From Polymyxa betae A26-41 (Eukaryota > Protista > Endomyxa: Phytomyxea): a stretch of 51,668 bases of DNA. Position 1 is the first letter of the stretch. Each line of letters opens with the position of its first letter. The notes under the pieces were generated by a model. It saw nothing but the letters and a program-made list of their open reading frames with translations, was not told where the DNA came from and ran no database searches. Positions 12,400-26,069 of this stretch are shown here, in pieces. The position numbers were made by a program, and so were the translations under genes. The stretch covers positions 1-51,668 of the forward strand of contig RBZT01000094.1 in the NCBI GenBank assembly GCA_003693705.1, given 5' to 3'.

Positions 12400-15050
12400 T
12401 TAAATTGTTTGCCGATAGAAATTGAAATTTTTATTATCACCTCCACAGAGAGCGACTGTCGTTATGTTGCCTGTAATCGCAAGACAAATTTTCTCTGCCC
12501 GTGCTCTTTTGATTAAATGTTGCAATGGAGTTTGGTCAAAGTGAAAGCGGTATAGAATATATACGCAGTTGTTCTGGACTTCATTCAAGCGAGCAGCACC
12601 ATGGGAAATCCGAGTCCAGCAAATCACAATTTTCTTCAAATTGCCTATGAAAACAAGAGCCAGGAACGAAAGGCTCGCCGAAACAATCGGGACCAAAACT
12701 GGTACTTGGCTCATTACGGTTGACAATTATTTGTCTTCAGTAATTGGGCACATCCAGTTCGTTCATTGATTCACCGGAGCTGGAACGATCCCTCTGAGAG
12801 GTGGGAGAGGCATGCCATTAAGAACTTCGACATTGTCCCGCTGTTATGCCTTCGACAAAACATTGTGACATCGACCCACACAATGTCACCGGAATCATTT
12901 TCCCTGAGCCGTCGTCGAGTTTAGATATGCCTCGACTTCAGAGCATTTCGGACTTTCTACCAGCAGAATAGTGGTCTTCACCTGCGTTTTCACTGTCCAG
13001 CCCCTTACTATCATCAGAGCTACTCTCGCCGCGCTCAGAATCAGAGTCTAGCTGAATGACAAACTTCGTTGGAGGAGTGACGACATAATCTTTCAGGCCT
13101 TGAAATTTTGTCACCGACGGTTGTGTCGTATTTAGAGTAGGCCTCAGATTTTCTGGAAAAAACTGAGAATTTAACCATCTCTGCAGATCTGTTCCCTGCT
13201 TCTCCGACCAATTCAGTTATACGAATTCGACATTCGGATGCAATGAACTTTCACCATCATTTCGGAGGAACGCGGCGTCTTTTAAGCATCCATTAAGAGC
13301 GCGGGCCATAAGCTTTGGACCGGCATCGGCTTCCTCTAGGTACGTTTGGATCCGCAAATGGCAATGGAGAAATATTTCATTCATGGTTGCAGCATGTCCG
13401 TTGCGTTGGAGGAAACAATGTTGATTCCCGAGTGGTTGCATAACGGCGTCGAAATCTGAATCAAAAATTGTAGAGATACGTTGTCTTTCATGATCCAATG
13501 CTACAAAAGCTGGACAACTTTCGTAGACATTTGCAGTCAATACAGCAGCATGTTTCTTTGGCCCAGGCGCAACGTTAGAATATGATGTGACTACATCATC
13601 CTGGCAACCAAATGAGGATGTCAAAAAGGGAATATCGCAGCAATTTTACCCATTTGCAAGCTTTTACCGACGCCATGACGTTAGTCCCTTGACCGCGAAA
13701 TATAACTCAAGACTTTGGCTGCACAGACAAAATATTAGCCCTTTTGTGTGATAAACGGTTGCCTGTCGCTTGCCAAAACCAGCCTTTAGCTGTCGCACAC
13801 AGACTCGTTCGCATGCAGTATCATCTAGAATCTTCGAGTAACGATCGCAGACAAAGTGCGTATGAAACAAATACTGGTCGATTACTTCATTCAGTAACAG
13901 CTGAGTTTTCCGTACCTGGTCGAAGCTGAAGACTGAGGTGACTTAAATAGGACTTGGATCGTACTGGCTCCATAGCTGCTGATGGAACTGTAGTACGTCT
14001 GCGATAAAACGAGCTAGGTTCCCGCTGTTTGCGGTTGCTTGACAGACGAATTGAGAAACTTTGCCTGGCAATGAATCCTTTGTAAGGTCATGAAGAGGAG
14101 AGGCTTATAGGCTGAGCGTCATGTTAAAAACATTCGGTTTCCGTCGAATTCATTTTGCAGTAAGCGCTTTGCAACGTTTTATCCTATGATCCGGTGCCAA
14201 GTGAGCGAATGTGATAAACATTGGCAGAGCGATTCAGAGCCACGAATCTTTTGTTCGCAGCAAACGAGCCGCGACCACCCTGTTAACATAAACGCGGCTT
14301 GAGCTAGATTGTTTATGGCGATTCCAATGATACATCTATTTGAGAAACCTGATTAGGGGTGTTTTACTCTGTTTCATTCATTTTAAGAAAGTGTTTGGTG
14401 AAAGGTTCGACATCTCTGCAAAATCTTCAATCGCGATTAGCCTGTTTATCTTCTGCTTTTTCGACTTTGCTAAAGGATCAAATTCCTCAACTTGATCAAT
14501 GATTGTAAGCTTGAACTTTCATTCATATGCCGTCGACCCTTTGCACCACAAGTTTTGGAGCTCTCTTTGGCTGGTTGTTATTTTCCAAACTTTCCACCAC
14601 CTCAATGTCTGCGCTTATCAACTCATCGTATATTCAAAAGCCTTGATACCATTACTCGCGAAACAAGCTCATGAGCTGTCTTTTGTTTGTCGTTCTTGGC
14701 CATGATGTATTTCATCTGAACACAGCAGCTGTCGGCATCTGATCGTAAGTGGCAGAACGAGGAACCTTAACTCGCGTGCTTTCGAAAATGTTGAAGAAAC
14801 GCTTGCTTGGGGGATGATTCTTTTAATGCATGTTGTGCAGTTGAGATTTTCAGCTACAAATGAAGGGCATTGGCTGAAAAGTAGCTTTTCCAGAAAATCT
14901 GGAAGTTATGGTTCCGGGGGCAAAAACGTCATGTATGCCAGAAAGCCCAATGTCTCCGTATAGAGCCAAAGGAACCTGTAAGCAGAATATATAGTGAGCG
15001 ATCCGCAAATATCAGCTGGATCTTTCTGGACGATGACAGTAACCTAAGAT
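12400..15050 (-). pseudogene. Decayed coding remnant of uncertain identity (possibly a MULE-like transposase with a Ulp1-like segment)
   Basis: Protein-like minus-strand ORF pieces (13217-13624, 12400-12726, an acidic linker at ~13000). Only faint motif similarity. Confidence 0.2.
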
Positions 15051-15945
15051 GTAAAGGATCTGTTCGTGTGGCTGGCTACAATTGGCTCGCCTGTGAAGAC
15101 TCACATGAAGCATCGGCCGCGTCGGTATATATTTTCTTGCACGCGTGCACTGTGCACGCAGAGCAGCTTCTAATTCTGACACGGGCCACTGGTGAGCGCT
15201 GACTGACTGTGGTTTTTTACTCTTGAAAGTTCATGCTTGTATTCTGGCTCTCCCAATCGCTTTGTCGAAAGGAGGCCGGCCGAACATGTTCCGCTGCGCC
15301 AACCCCTGTCGGAACGACAGAATATGCTCCTTAACCCATCCAGTTCGATCGAATCCGAGGAAACCCTCCCACAGATTTCCTCCGATCATTTTGCCGAAAA
15401 CAGTAACGCAAAAACATACACTGTTTTTATTTGTAGAACTTTCACTTTTCTCTGATTCGATCGTCTAGCTCTCCAACTAAATAATCCAGTTAATTATGTT
15501 TTTCCAAAGCTGTTCACATAATTTTTATTCCGATTTTCGTGCACCATTGCTGATGGAAAAATAAATGAGAAAAAGCACGATATGCTGATGTCAGCAGCTC
15601 CATCGCCGGCAGCAGCCTGGCACCTGAATTTGCCTTGTGCTCATCTCCATGTCCAAAGAGTATACGCATATCAGAATTAGTGTTTTCAATCATCTGAGTA
15701 TTTCGCTCTCTTGCTGATCTCTGTCGGCGACGATAGGGACATTGACCGGGACATTATTCAATGTGGTCACAATGGTAGCTTGTACTACAAGCACGTTGAT
15801 GGACTTCTCTGTAGCTTTTGAAAATTTGCAGAGCCGCGATTGATTTGATTGTTGAGTTGGCGTTCTTCCCCGGCCTCGACGTTTCTCTTTGGGGGTTTTA
15901 TAGCTGACGTTGAAGCTGCAGCCGCTCCTTGATAGCATTCAGTTT

Positions 15946-16253
15946 TGTTGAGACACGAGGCAACAGCGATCAATGTCTGGACAAGCAGTCAGTTTAAGAA
16001 GTAATTGTATTGATGGCCCGGTGGGCTGTTTTATAATAAAATAAGATTAACGCACATTCACATATATGGGAACTCCGTGGGGGAATTGTCTTACACCAGT
16101 GGGGAGCTCCCATAGTCGACTGGGTCTCTGTGTGCTATAGCAACTCCGGTCCGGAGCTTGAGAAGTCCAGTGGTTCGTGGCCATGAACGACTCGAGCCAA
16201 GTTACCCTGCGCCCACTGGACGTGTACACCTGCCTTGGCTTGATGTCTTGACA
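15946..16253 (-). mobile_element. LTR, family B, copy 1
   Basis: Colinear reverse-complement copy of 42169-42478 with TGTCAAGA...TCTCAACA termini. No matching TSD in its flanks. Confidence 0.9.
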
Positions 16254-16375
16254 ATCATTTTTTTCACAGTCTGCGAAGAACTTGATTAGACCCAGTCATT
16301 ATGATACTTTCTCAGTTCTACCATGAGGCATTCTTAGATGCTTCAGCCCTCTGCACGGCTGACTGGGCTCAGAGA

Positions 16376-18727
16376 TGTTAGGTTTCTGCAGCCGTCTGCC
16401 TGCGATGGTAGAGGCCTTCTTGATCGATCCTGCCCTGATTCCTGATTGTTTGTACACGTCAGGCGAGACCTACATCAGACAGCCACGGATTGTCAGCTAG
16501 ATCTGTTTTACTAAACCAGTTTTGTTTTTTCGCCTAAAACTTTCTGCGTGTCATCTGTGAACCCAAGACACCCAGCAGATTATAGGCCTAGAGCCAACAA
16601 GCTGGTCCAGAGCTTCCACGATAACGACCGGCATAAAAATGTCAACACAGAAAATTAGATCCGCTAATGCATTGACTCCAATCACGCTCAATTCCAGTTA
16701 TTGGCTAATGTGGCGTCGCGCTGATCTTGCCGGAATGAAGCGAATCAACGCATTGGACATCCTGAAAGGGATCGAAGGAAGCCAGGCGCAACAATGGAAC
16801 ATCAAACGAAGACGAAATCCGGGACCGACCCCAAATATGGCGAAATTCTGCAAACCCAACTCATTGAAGAACGCCACCAGTACAAAACAGCACTAAACGC
16901 GTTCAAGGCAGCGAAAACTGTGGCCGTAAGCGGACGAGGGCAACATCGACAAGAGAACCGCAGTTGTCGAAGCTGAAACAGAAGTCGATGAGGCAGAGGA
17001 CGTCTACCAGAAGTTCCGCCAGCAAAGAGTGAGTACGAAAAAGCAGCGAATTCGACAACAACACTCTGGGCACCATAATATCTCGAGGACTGGGACAGCC
17101 GCCAGGACTATTGCTTACCCACCTCCTGTTCGTGTCGCTTTCCGAACAATACCAAAGCATGACGATCAAATGCCCGGACCTGCAATCATTATGGTGGGCA
17201 CTGGAGCAGCACTTTCGATGGCAAATCAGCTGCCGACGTCATCCATGTCCAAAACCAGTTAACGGCGTTGACACTAACGGACAGGGATGACCCTGAAAAG
17301 TTCCTAAACAACGTCCGATTGATACACAAGCAGATGGACCGCAGAGGTCCCCTATTCTGATGCATGGATGTTCTTAACTGTGGGTCAGAAGCTCCCTTCA
17401 AGAATGCACGTTCTCAGGGATCATTTCCTGTACCGACAGAAAAACGGCAGAGCTTCGCCTCCATGGAGCCAGCTATCTGCGAATTCGCGAAGAATGATCC
17501 AATCAAACGTTATCCAGAGAAAAAAACACAAACCAAAATGCAAGCACTGCTAGCTAAAAGGCCACAAAGAGAAGAATGTCGGGCTCGAACGCACAAATGT
17601 GAAAACTGTGGTGAAATTTACACTTTAAACGGAGGTGCACAAAGGACAAAATGCCAACCGAACCAGCCGCCTCAAACGAATCGTCGCATTACGCTTTCTT
17701 GTGACGTCGAGGAAATGTGTGGTGGATACGGGAGCGAAATCATCTATCAGCTCTAATGTCAGAGAAGACAAGCACATCGACGGGGAATTACTTACAATGG
17801 TAGATTCATCAACGGTTGCAAATACTGGATCAGGACCTATGAACGTTGGAATTCGCTTCTAAAAAGTCCTTCAGGTACCAGAAGCCAGCAGCAATTTGAT
17901 TTCGATAAGGAGAGCATGTTGAGATGGCGACAGTGGCTCAGCCTTGTTCTACAGCAAAGCATATGAGCCCTACTAAGACTGTAAAGTGATCGCCTCTGGC
18001 GTGAAACCCCACCGTTTTTACATAAAATTAAGGATCAGCACACATGGCGATATCGTCTGAACAAACAACAGGCGCCTCGCAAATTCCCTGAACGCGATAA
18101 TGGAGAGATAAGTGCACGGAAAGGCAGCCAGTGGCATCGAAGTGCAGAAGCAAAACCTTGAGAAGGCCTGCGACTACATCAAGTCTGGAATATCAACCCG
18201 TTTACCCTTCCAACCTCGAGACGCGGAGAGGCGTGCCAAAGAACCGACCAAGACAATGAACACAAACCAGTGCTGCCCATTTCAGATCGCCAGCATCCAT
18301 GACAATCGATACGCCATGCCCATCTCTGATGACAATTATCAAGGGTCGTCACAGGATATTTCCTTGCATCGAAAGACGAGGCGGCCGAGGCCCTATTCAA
18401 GTGCATCCAAATGTACCAAACTCAAACAGGCACCTATGCCCATGTCATCCAGACTGATAACGGCGGGGGATCCACAGCATACACGTTCAAAAGAAAACAA
18501 TAAAGGAAGTCATCATGTTTCAGATGACAACGCCATACACGCCTCAGCAAAACAGAGTAAGAAGAGCGCATGAACCGCACTTTAGTTGAGCGTGCGCGAA
18601 CCATGTTGATGCACGCTGGTCTAACGAAAAAATATTTTCAACATGCAAAGTCTGCTGCAGCACACGTCACTAACCGCATTCCCTCAGCTGCCAATGTTTA
18701 TAGGCCGCCTTTCGAGTTATGGACAGG
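16376..18727 (+). mobile_element. Ty1/Copia element, 5' part (putative LTR, PBS, gag, protease, integrase), degenerate
   Basis: Putative LTR TGTTAGG..CCCAGCA (16376-16577), then GATTATAGGCCTA, resembling the GGTTATGGGCCCA Copia PBS. Gag N-terminus LNSSYWLMW, protease VVDTGA, integrase IQTDNGG, TTPYTPQQN and NRTLVERARTMLMHAGL..PFELWTG. Confidence 0.88.
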
Positions 18728-18784
18728 AGGCTACGGTAAATTACGCAGATTTCTTAAAATGATATGATTTATAAAAAACTGAAG

Positions 18785-20719
18785 TTATTCAATTACTTCC
18801 GAAAACTCGGCAGCCTGTTTCGGTGGCTGAACTGCCATGTCAATGACTAGCCGGATGGTATTACCGGTTTTTTTATTGGATATATCGCAGATCCGGCACT
18901 TCTGGAACGACCGCTGCCGGTAGCGTGATGGTGATTTGGAAAATTTGAGGCTCATGGCCTTGAAAGCAATGTACAATCGCCTTTCTTTGCGGGTCATTCA
19001 AGATATCATTAATATGGATGGCTCCACGTAGTCGTCCGGGTCGACAGTGCTCTGTTGCAGTCTGAGCAAAACATGATTTCCGTCCTCTGCCACTTTGGCC
19101 GTAACTGCGTGACCTGTAACTAGGCGCACAATAAGGCAGATTCGCTCCCGACAGTCTGCGCAATAACGGGTAAGTTCATGGAAACACACATTATTATGCG
19201 CAGCAATGGATTTGGATATTTCCGGTGTCATCGCAGTCTTGACATCCAGAGCACCCAGATTTTTGTGTGGGGTGGTTGGAGGTAATGATGTGCTGGTTGG
19301 AGCAGGTCTCTTTTTCCCAACAGTTCCTAGGATGCGAGATGGTACATCATCAGCGTCGGTGCCGTCGGTAGGGTCTGGCGATAAATCCCCTAGTGACGGT
19401 ATGATTATGCGAAATTTCACAAAACCCTACCTTTCTTTTGTAGCTCTTTGATCATTTTTTTATTCGGCCGTTCACCACGTTCGAGTGGAACACCTCAAGT
19501 AGAGGCTCCATGGATTTCACGGTTGCTGTGTTGAGAGGTCCGGCTAATTTCAGGTCCTCACGAGAGTCGTAATCTTTTATGACGTTGATCAAAGCTGGAA
19601 TGTGGGTGGATTCAAGCGTTCTGACTTTAAGCCAGTGTTCTTCACCGCAACTGCGCAGGTCTGCTATTACATGCGTCCCCCAGCGAAATCGTCCTGAAAA
19701 AACGCAGTGTTGCGAAGCCTGAATGTTGCGCCGCAAAATGCGTGACAACGCAGATTTTGCAATCGCTCGGAAATGGTTGACCACAAGCATGCATATGCAC
19801 CGCCGTATTTGCTGGATTTTGTAGCAAATTGCATAGATTCGCTACTTTCTCTGGATACGAACAAACGACCTCATATTAGTAGTTGATTTATCAGATCACC
19901 TCCGTTTATTTATAAACATAGATATATAGCAATCTTTAGACCTTTTTTGGATTTGATTTTGGAAGATTGTGATGCTTTGACCTTAAAAGCTGCTCATGTC
20001 CTGACATCGACCGTCATGCTAATGCTTATCGGATCCCTGCAGGAGCTATATGATACTTGATACTTATAGACTTCACTAGATCTGGCAGACTTCCTGTTCC
20101 GAAAAACTGGTGGTTTAAGAAGGCGCAATATCATGGGCGAAGTGTTGCAGATTTACATACTCACTGTCATTAGGAAAAGCTGTTTCTGACTGCAATAAAA
20201 CCAGCAATTCGTTTGGCGACACAAACAAGGAAATAAAATTTGTATACCGGTCTTGCAGCCCTGGGCATATTCCATTACACAACTTTTCGCAATTCTGAGT
20301 TGATGTTCTGAGTTTAAGAACATAGCCATCTATTGGACGGAAATGACACGAAATGAACGAAAGGTCATCCATTATTTCAGGTGACAGGCCTGGGACAGGA
20401 GCCGTACATTCCGTCTATTTTCTAAGACCAAATCACCGTTCACAGCGCCATCAGACCACAGTATTAAGCACTCTCACACGAGCCGTAAATCTGAATGGTG
20501 CTGCAGTCAGTAACGATGGTCACGTCAAATGCGCATAGCCATGCGAAAGCTCAAAAACATCTCTGGAGCAGAAAGAGAGCGATGGTGTTGGAATGGATGA
20601 GAACGACAGATCCGGGGTGAAATAATTCCGCCACGGTGTTCAAAGCACCAAAAACGACCTGAGCTATATAACGAAGGATGTGCATATACATCACTGCTTT
20701 TCAATAAAATCAAGAACAT
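18785..20719 (-). pseudogene. Divergently oriented accessory gene(s) of the CACTA-like element, unknown function
   Basis: Chain of minus-strand ORFs with a plausible intron at 19390-19430 and a Cys cluster CFHELTRYCADCRERIC. Nucleotide homology with 3930-4240, which is in the same position relative to ORF1. Confidence 0.5.
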
Positions 20720-20722
20720 TTC

Positions 20723-21741
20723 ATGGAAACGAACGCAGTAAAACTTTCAGAAATGATGAGAGACGCTGCTCCAGGCTCAAATGTATGGTTTGTGAAGCAA
20801 TCCAAAAAGGTAGCCCGTGTGCAGCTTCTTGATCATGAAACCTTGCTTGCTGAACATCGCTCAATGTTACATGGTCAACAAATTGATCTGAATACTCACA
20901 GAGCTGTCCGGGTTTCCTCTGTAGTCGAAGAGGATCTGCCGTCTGTTAGTCACAAAGAAGAAGTCCTCTGTAAAGAATTACGCTTTGTCGCCGGTTGGAC
21001 GAATTAACTAACGAGAAATCGCGAAGCCGGACCATGAATGTCATTTCCTAGCTGCTGTACTAAGATGGTTCCTAGAGAATCGGAAGCGAGGATTATCTGA
21101 GATTTCAGATGTTGCCGATTCATATTGGCATCCTGATCTCTGGCACGATCATCCAAAAGACACAGGCATGACGACACAACTTTTGAAAAAGTGTCGTATA
21201 ATAAGCTGCAAGCAAATGACCCCTGAACGCAAGGCTTTGCGTCAACTGCTTCGTGAGCAGGTCATGTTATTAGTGATTGGATGAAATTCTTATTGGGTTG
21301 ATCTAACATGTTTTAAGAATGTCGCCGGAAACTCTCCAGGCAGATGCCGAAAAATTGCTTAAGGAGATTCGTCTGCAGCTGCCATTGTCACGGCCCGAGC
21401 TCAGTATGGTCAAAACCGGTATGTCTTCTTGTGGCTCCTCTGCGTATCAGTGATCAGGCAATTTTTCACTAGAGCTAAGGATGAAATTTGCTGACATGAA
21501 AGCTAAAGAAAAGGTGAAAGCTGCCCAGCAAGCTCAGGTGACCCTAAGTGAGGACGACTGGAAGTTTCCAGTCTGCACATTGGGAATGACGATAGCCTCG
21601 ATTTTCGACGAATTTCAGCAGCGGGAGCAGGCAGATTCTCTGTCTTTTGATATTGAAAGCGTTTCGGTGCTGAGTGCTAGAAAATCCATTATCAATGTTC
21701 TGGAGAAACAGCTCAAGGACCTGCGAAAGAACCAAAATTGA
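20723..21741 (+). pseudogene. CACTA accessory ORF1 (Tnp1/TnpA-like domain), copy 2
   Basis: AAPGSNVWF..VARVQLL..LHGQQI..AVRVSSVVEEDLP. GT-AG introns at 21261-21317 and 21419-21472. Homologs at 2.5-3.6 kb and 38.2-38.9 kb. Frame disrupted. Confidence 0.65.
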
Positions 21742-21839
21742 AGTGTCTGATAAACAGTGATCGATTGGTACATGTTGCAAAGATTTTTTTACCATACACA
21801 GGGCGGCGGTCATACTGTTTTCTCGTGAATACAGATACG

Positions 21840-24800
21840 ATGGAGCCCGTCAGCTTGAAAACAACTAGAAACGGTGTGCAGAGGCGCTGCTGGTGCCAAA
21901 CACACAAGTGCAGAGGAAAAATTAGATATCCAGACACCTGGGAGAAGCATAGAAATGAGGACATTTTGCTTGTTGAAAACCAGCAACAAGATTGCATTCA
22001 GCAAGACATCCTGTCAACAGGTCAATGTTCGCAAGACAAAGGACCTTTATCCCACGAAGCCATGCTGGACGATTTCCCGGACTGCCGAGACGACCAGAAC
22101 CCGTTGGGCTTCGACGATCTGCCAGGTCTGGTTTCCAATGTTGTTTATCTGACACAATCATCTTACAAGCATTTTGCTGCCAGATACGGGCAATGCTGTA
22201 ATAAAAGAAGATTCAGATCAGTCCGACGACGTCATCTCTGAGGAAAGTTCGGCAACCGAAGTATCTCATGGGTCTTCGACTCATGAAACAGAATCTGTCA
22301 TGTCTTTTCAAAACCGGTACTCTGATCCGGAAAGTCAAGCAAAGTTCAAGTTTGATGGCGAAATCCTCAAAGCAATGAATAGTGCAAGAGCGATGTTACA
22401 GGCTTTGCCGGATATTCATGACAATCAGCTATGCGTGCTAGGAATCGAAAGCATTCGCCATTTAGAGGCAATCAAGTGCAAGAGTGTGCAGTTTGCCGAT
22501 TTGCGATTCCGCTGAAGCATCAACAGTAAAAACTTCGAGGAGTTGCTCAGCCTCCATTTACACGAGATGTCCACAAAGCCAGAGAATGAAACGGTGATTC
22601 CGATTCCGATATACAACAGCTTTCAATCAAACTAGAAAGAAGCAAATGTCATCATACTACGAGATCATTTCATGGCAAGCCAATTTCCTTGGAATCCTGT
22701 CCCAACGGTCATTGTATCTATGCTTTGGAACACGAGAATGAGGAGAGATGTCCAGAATGTCTCTGCGACAGGAAGCATTCAAAATCATTTATGTACTGGC
22801 CGATAACTTAGGATCTTCATGTAACCTAACAGTGCCGACTAACGCCAGTCTTAGCTTTTCTTAGATACGATTCTCATTCCCCTCTATCGCCAAGATGTTC
22901 TGGGAAGGTTTCAGGAACATTTGCAATCTTGTACGAAGTTATCAGGAGACAGGTATCAAAGAAGAGTTAATACACGATTGGGTGCATGGTGATCTTTTCT
23001 ATGATTTTTTGTTCCATTTCATCGAGCTGCAATGACAACGCCAGAGAGCAAATCAGGTATCAGCTAGAGTACTGCAAAACTGTAAGTTGACAGCTCACTT
23101 TCTTGCAGGGTTCGATCAACTAGTGGTGGCACAGTCCCATTGCTACGATGGTGCCAAAGTTCAAAACTCTTCGAAAATCTCGATCTGGCCACATTTATTC
23201 TCGTATCTGACCTTGCCACCTTCAGCCAGGTGTAAACCCTCTTCTGTTGTCATGACATCTTGTTTGTACTTCTCCAGCCCCGCATCCTTCAAGTTGATAG
23301 CTTATGAGATCAACATGATTAACAGGAACGGGCTCGTAGTATTTGATTCGTCTAACTCCAGATTGAAAAGGGTAATTCGATCTCACTGTTGCTAATCTTG
23401 ATGATTGCTGAAAACATGTCAGGTCAACAATGTCATTTTAATGAACAGCATGGCCGACTTACCTGCAAGGTCTAAGGCATTGCGGAAGGCAGGATCATCT
23501 AATATTAATGGGGCATGTGTCTGCATGATCAAGGGTATCAGATGTTTCCGAGGATTGCTTTCTGCCACAAAAACAGCCTCTAAGAAAGCCCTTCGATATT
23601 CCTCAGTGTATTGGTGATAATCGAAAAGAGCCCGCGCCTTCTTTGTTTACAAAAGAAAAAATATTCCACCTTGATATCATCCTCCATGAACATGATTCTC
23701 GCAGGCTCGCGATCTGAAGCATATGAATTGCAAAGAAGGAAGGAGCGGATCCTCCAGTGTCGGAATGATGATTTAAGCGTCTTCAAGCCTTACGACAGAA
23801 CCAGGGATAGCGGTCATCCATACAAGACTTCTGGTTTCTTCGGCGATATGCTTTTTCGAAAGATCTGCAATCAAGCTGGGATCCTAGCCGTTGACACATT
23901 TTGCTATGACAGAACGTTTGCAAAACCCTAATAGAAGCATTGGACTGCGAGGCTGGTGGTTCTGGCGTGGCATTCGATGTTAATGCTCGTGAGGCTGAAC
24001 AAGCTCTGAATAGGCTGCCATTGGTTTGGAACCCAAACGCTCCACTGCCTTGGTCATTGGTGAAGGCCAGCCGATCGCAAATATCAAACAGACTCAAGAA
24101 TCTTACAGCCCCAGGATTGTTCGGTTCCGACTCTCATGCTAAAAACCTGCAAAAGTCCCTATATTCGCTGTTTGACAAGCTGTCGGATTGTTTCTGCTTA
24201 ACGCTTAAGCGGTCTCAGATTCCCAACCTTCAAATTCAGCTTGTAGAAGCTTTGAGTCTGCTGGAGCAGGTCATACGTTACACAGCAATGGTATTCTTGA
24301 CTGATTTTACTTGTGCACCTCAGAGAATGCCAAGCATGGTGATGACGCTCCCGGTTCATTTCGTTCTACACATTGTTGAGCACATTCTTCAGGATTTGGG
24401 TCCGTTATCTGGAGCATCGTGGAATTTTTGGTCTGAGAGATGCGACCCACAAAATCGATGAGCCATGCTTCCAAGGGGCAATCGGTCAATATAATGAACT
24501 TCTTAGAACAAGTCGTCGCTGCTTGTTTTAGGTAATCGTGACACTGAAAACATTTGTCAATTTCAGCTAGGCTGATTTTATAATTCTATCAGGCACGAGC
24601 ATCACATTCAATATTGTCATACTGCTGAAAGGATTTGGACTTTTGGCGCATCTGATGATAACTATGATGAGACAACATGCAAAGGGGACATCACTCCATT
24701 CCAGATGAAACCAGATGATCTGCAGCTAGGTCAAGTTCTGCTTCTTCCTCTGTTGGTTTGAATTTTACTAACTGTGATTTTAGGTCGATTGCATGAAAAA

Positions 24801-25533
24801 TTTTTTGAAGCCGTTGAGGAGTACCGTCAGGCAGTCTTGATGGTTAATTCTCAAACTGAATCTCCATATACTGGTGCTACGCTTGCAAAGCAGGTACCAT
24901 TTTCATTGTGTTCCGATAAGAATTCGGAAGTTATCTGGTGTGCAATTCTGACCATTTTATTGTTATGAGATGTAGTCATGGCACTTTAGAACTATATTTA
25001 GTGAAAATAACTTTCATCATTTATGTATTTTGAATAAAGCTTGTTATCCTCTTTTGGAATGCTTAGTGGATGTCCTATAAATGAATATATACTTAGGGCA
25101 TTTCAAAATAACTACACATATAACGCATCGTGGAAAACTATTTCGCTCCCGACAGTACGAACGAGATAGAATTCGTAAAACCAGTAACCACATGATGCAA
25201 GTTACAGTGGAGGCAAACACCATTCAGAAATCAGTTTGGTTCGGATCGTCATTATGGTTTCCCTCGATAAGAGCTAAAGATGATAGCGCCGTAATGATCC
25301 TAGCTTTCACAGTTTGGTATAGGTCGCCGCAGAACAAACGTGTTGCCTTCTCTCTAGATGAGGAGACCAGCTTACCAGTACTTATCCCGATGACGCCGTC
25401 CGAAAACCAGGATTGGTCGCGGTGGGATTTCATAGACAATGTGGAACCTGTTAACATAATGCTTGGGAAAATCCAAGGCCAGAAAGTTTATTTCGTTATT
25501 CGAGCTGGGCGATCAGAAGGGATGGGACATTGA
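21840..25533 (+). pseudogene. CACTA/EnSpm-like (Tnp2/Transposase_21-type) transposase, intron-containing and disrupted
   Basis: Motifs in the expected order: GHCIY..RCPECLCDR..FMYWP; IHDWVHG; YDGAKV..SIWP; MADLPARSKA..GACVC; MTLPVHFVLHIVEHI..LGP..WNFWSER (DUF4218-like). No TIR found. Confidence 0.8.
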
Positions 25534-26069
25534 TATTGAATCAATAAAGTTACAGCAAACTGCAACATCTTTAAACTATCATGGCGATACAGTGAGGAGA
25601 AGCGAAGAATCAGAAAACTCAGCCCGATGTATTAGCGACGATGAAGACCATACAAACAAAACTAACAAGAAACCTGAACCGAGCAGTAGCAACGAGAATA
25701 AAAATATGTATAGATAACACAGTACCGGCAGCATGTCCAAAAGAGTATCACCAATTTTAACAGTAGAGAGGCGACCCAATCGCTGGCAGAAGAAAATTCC
25801 TTTCTAAAAGTAGCACAAGAGCCACAAACTAACAATAATACAGACCAAACTAGCAACTTAAGCAGAAAAATCGACCAACAGCGAAACAAAATTATAAACT
25901 TTACGAAAATTAGCAACTGAAGCAGGAGGAAGGACCAGCTTTGAAGCGACCGAACCAGCATGAACAGGAGCCAACCAGAGATGGGAGCAGCCACAAACCC
26001 ACGAACAGCACCTTCAGTAGCTGCTCAGCACTCAAGATTGCGGCAGCAAGAGATGAAGCTGTGCTGTAG

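Noticed and set aside
15223-15468. Gag fragment on the minus strand (..ILSFRQG..) linked to LTR 15946-16253
   Set aside because: It rests on a single short motif and there is no PBS after the LTR.
25579-25994. Hydrophobic minus-strand ORFs as membrane proteins
   Set aside because: They are the antisense reading of an A-rich low-complexity tract.
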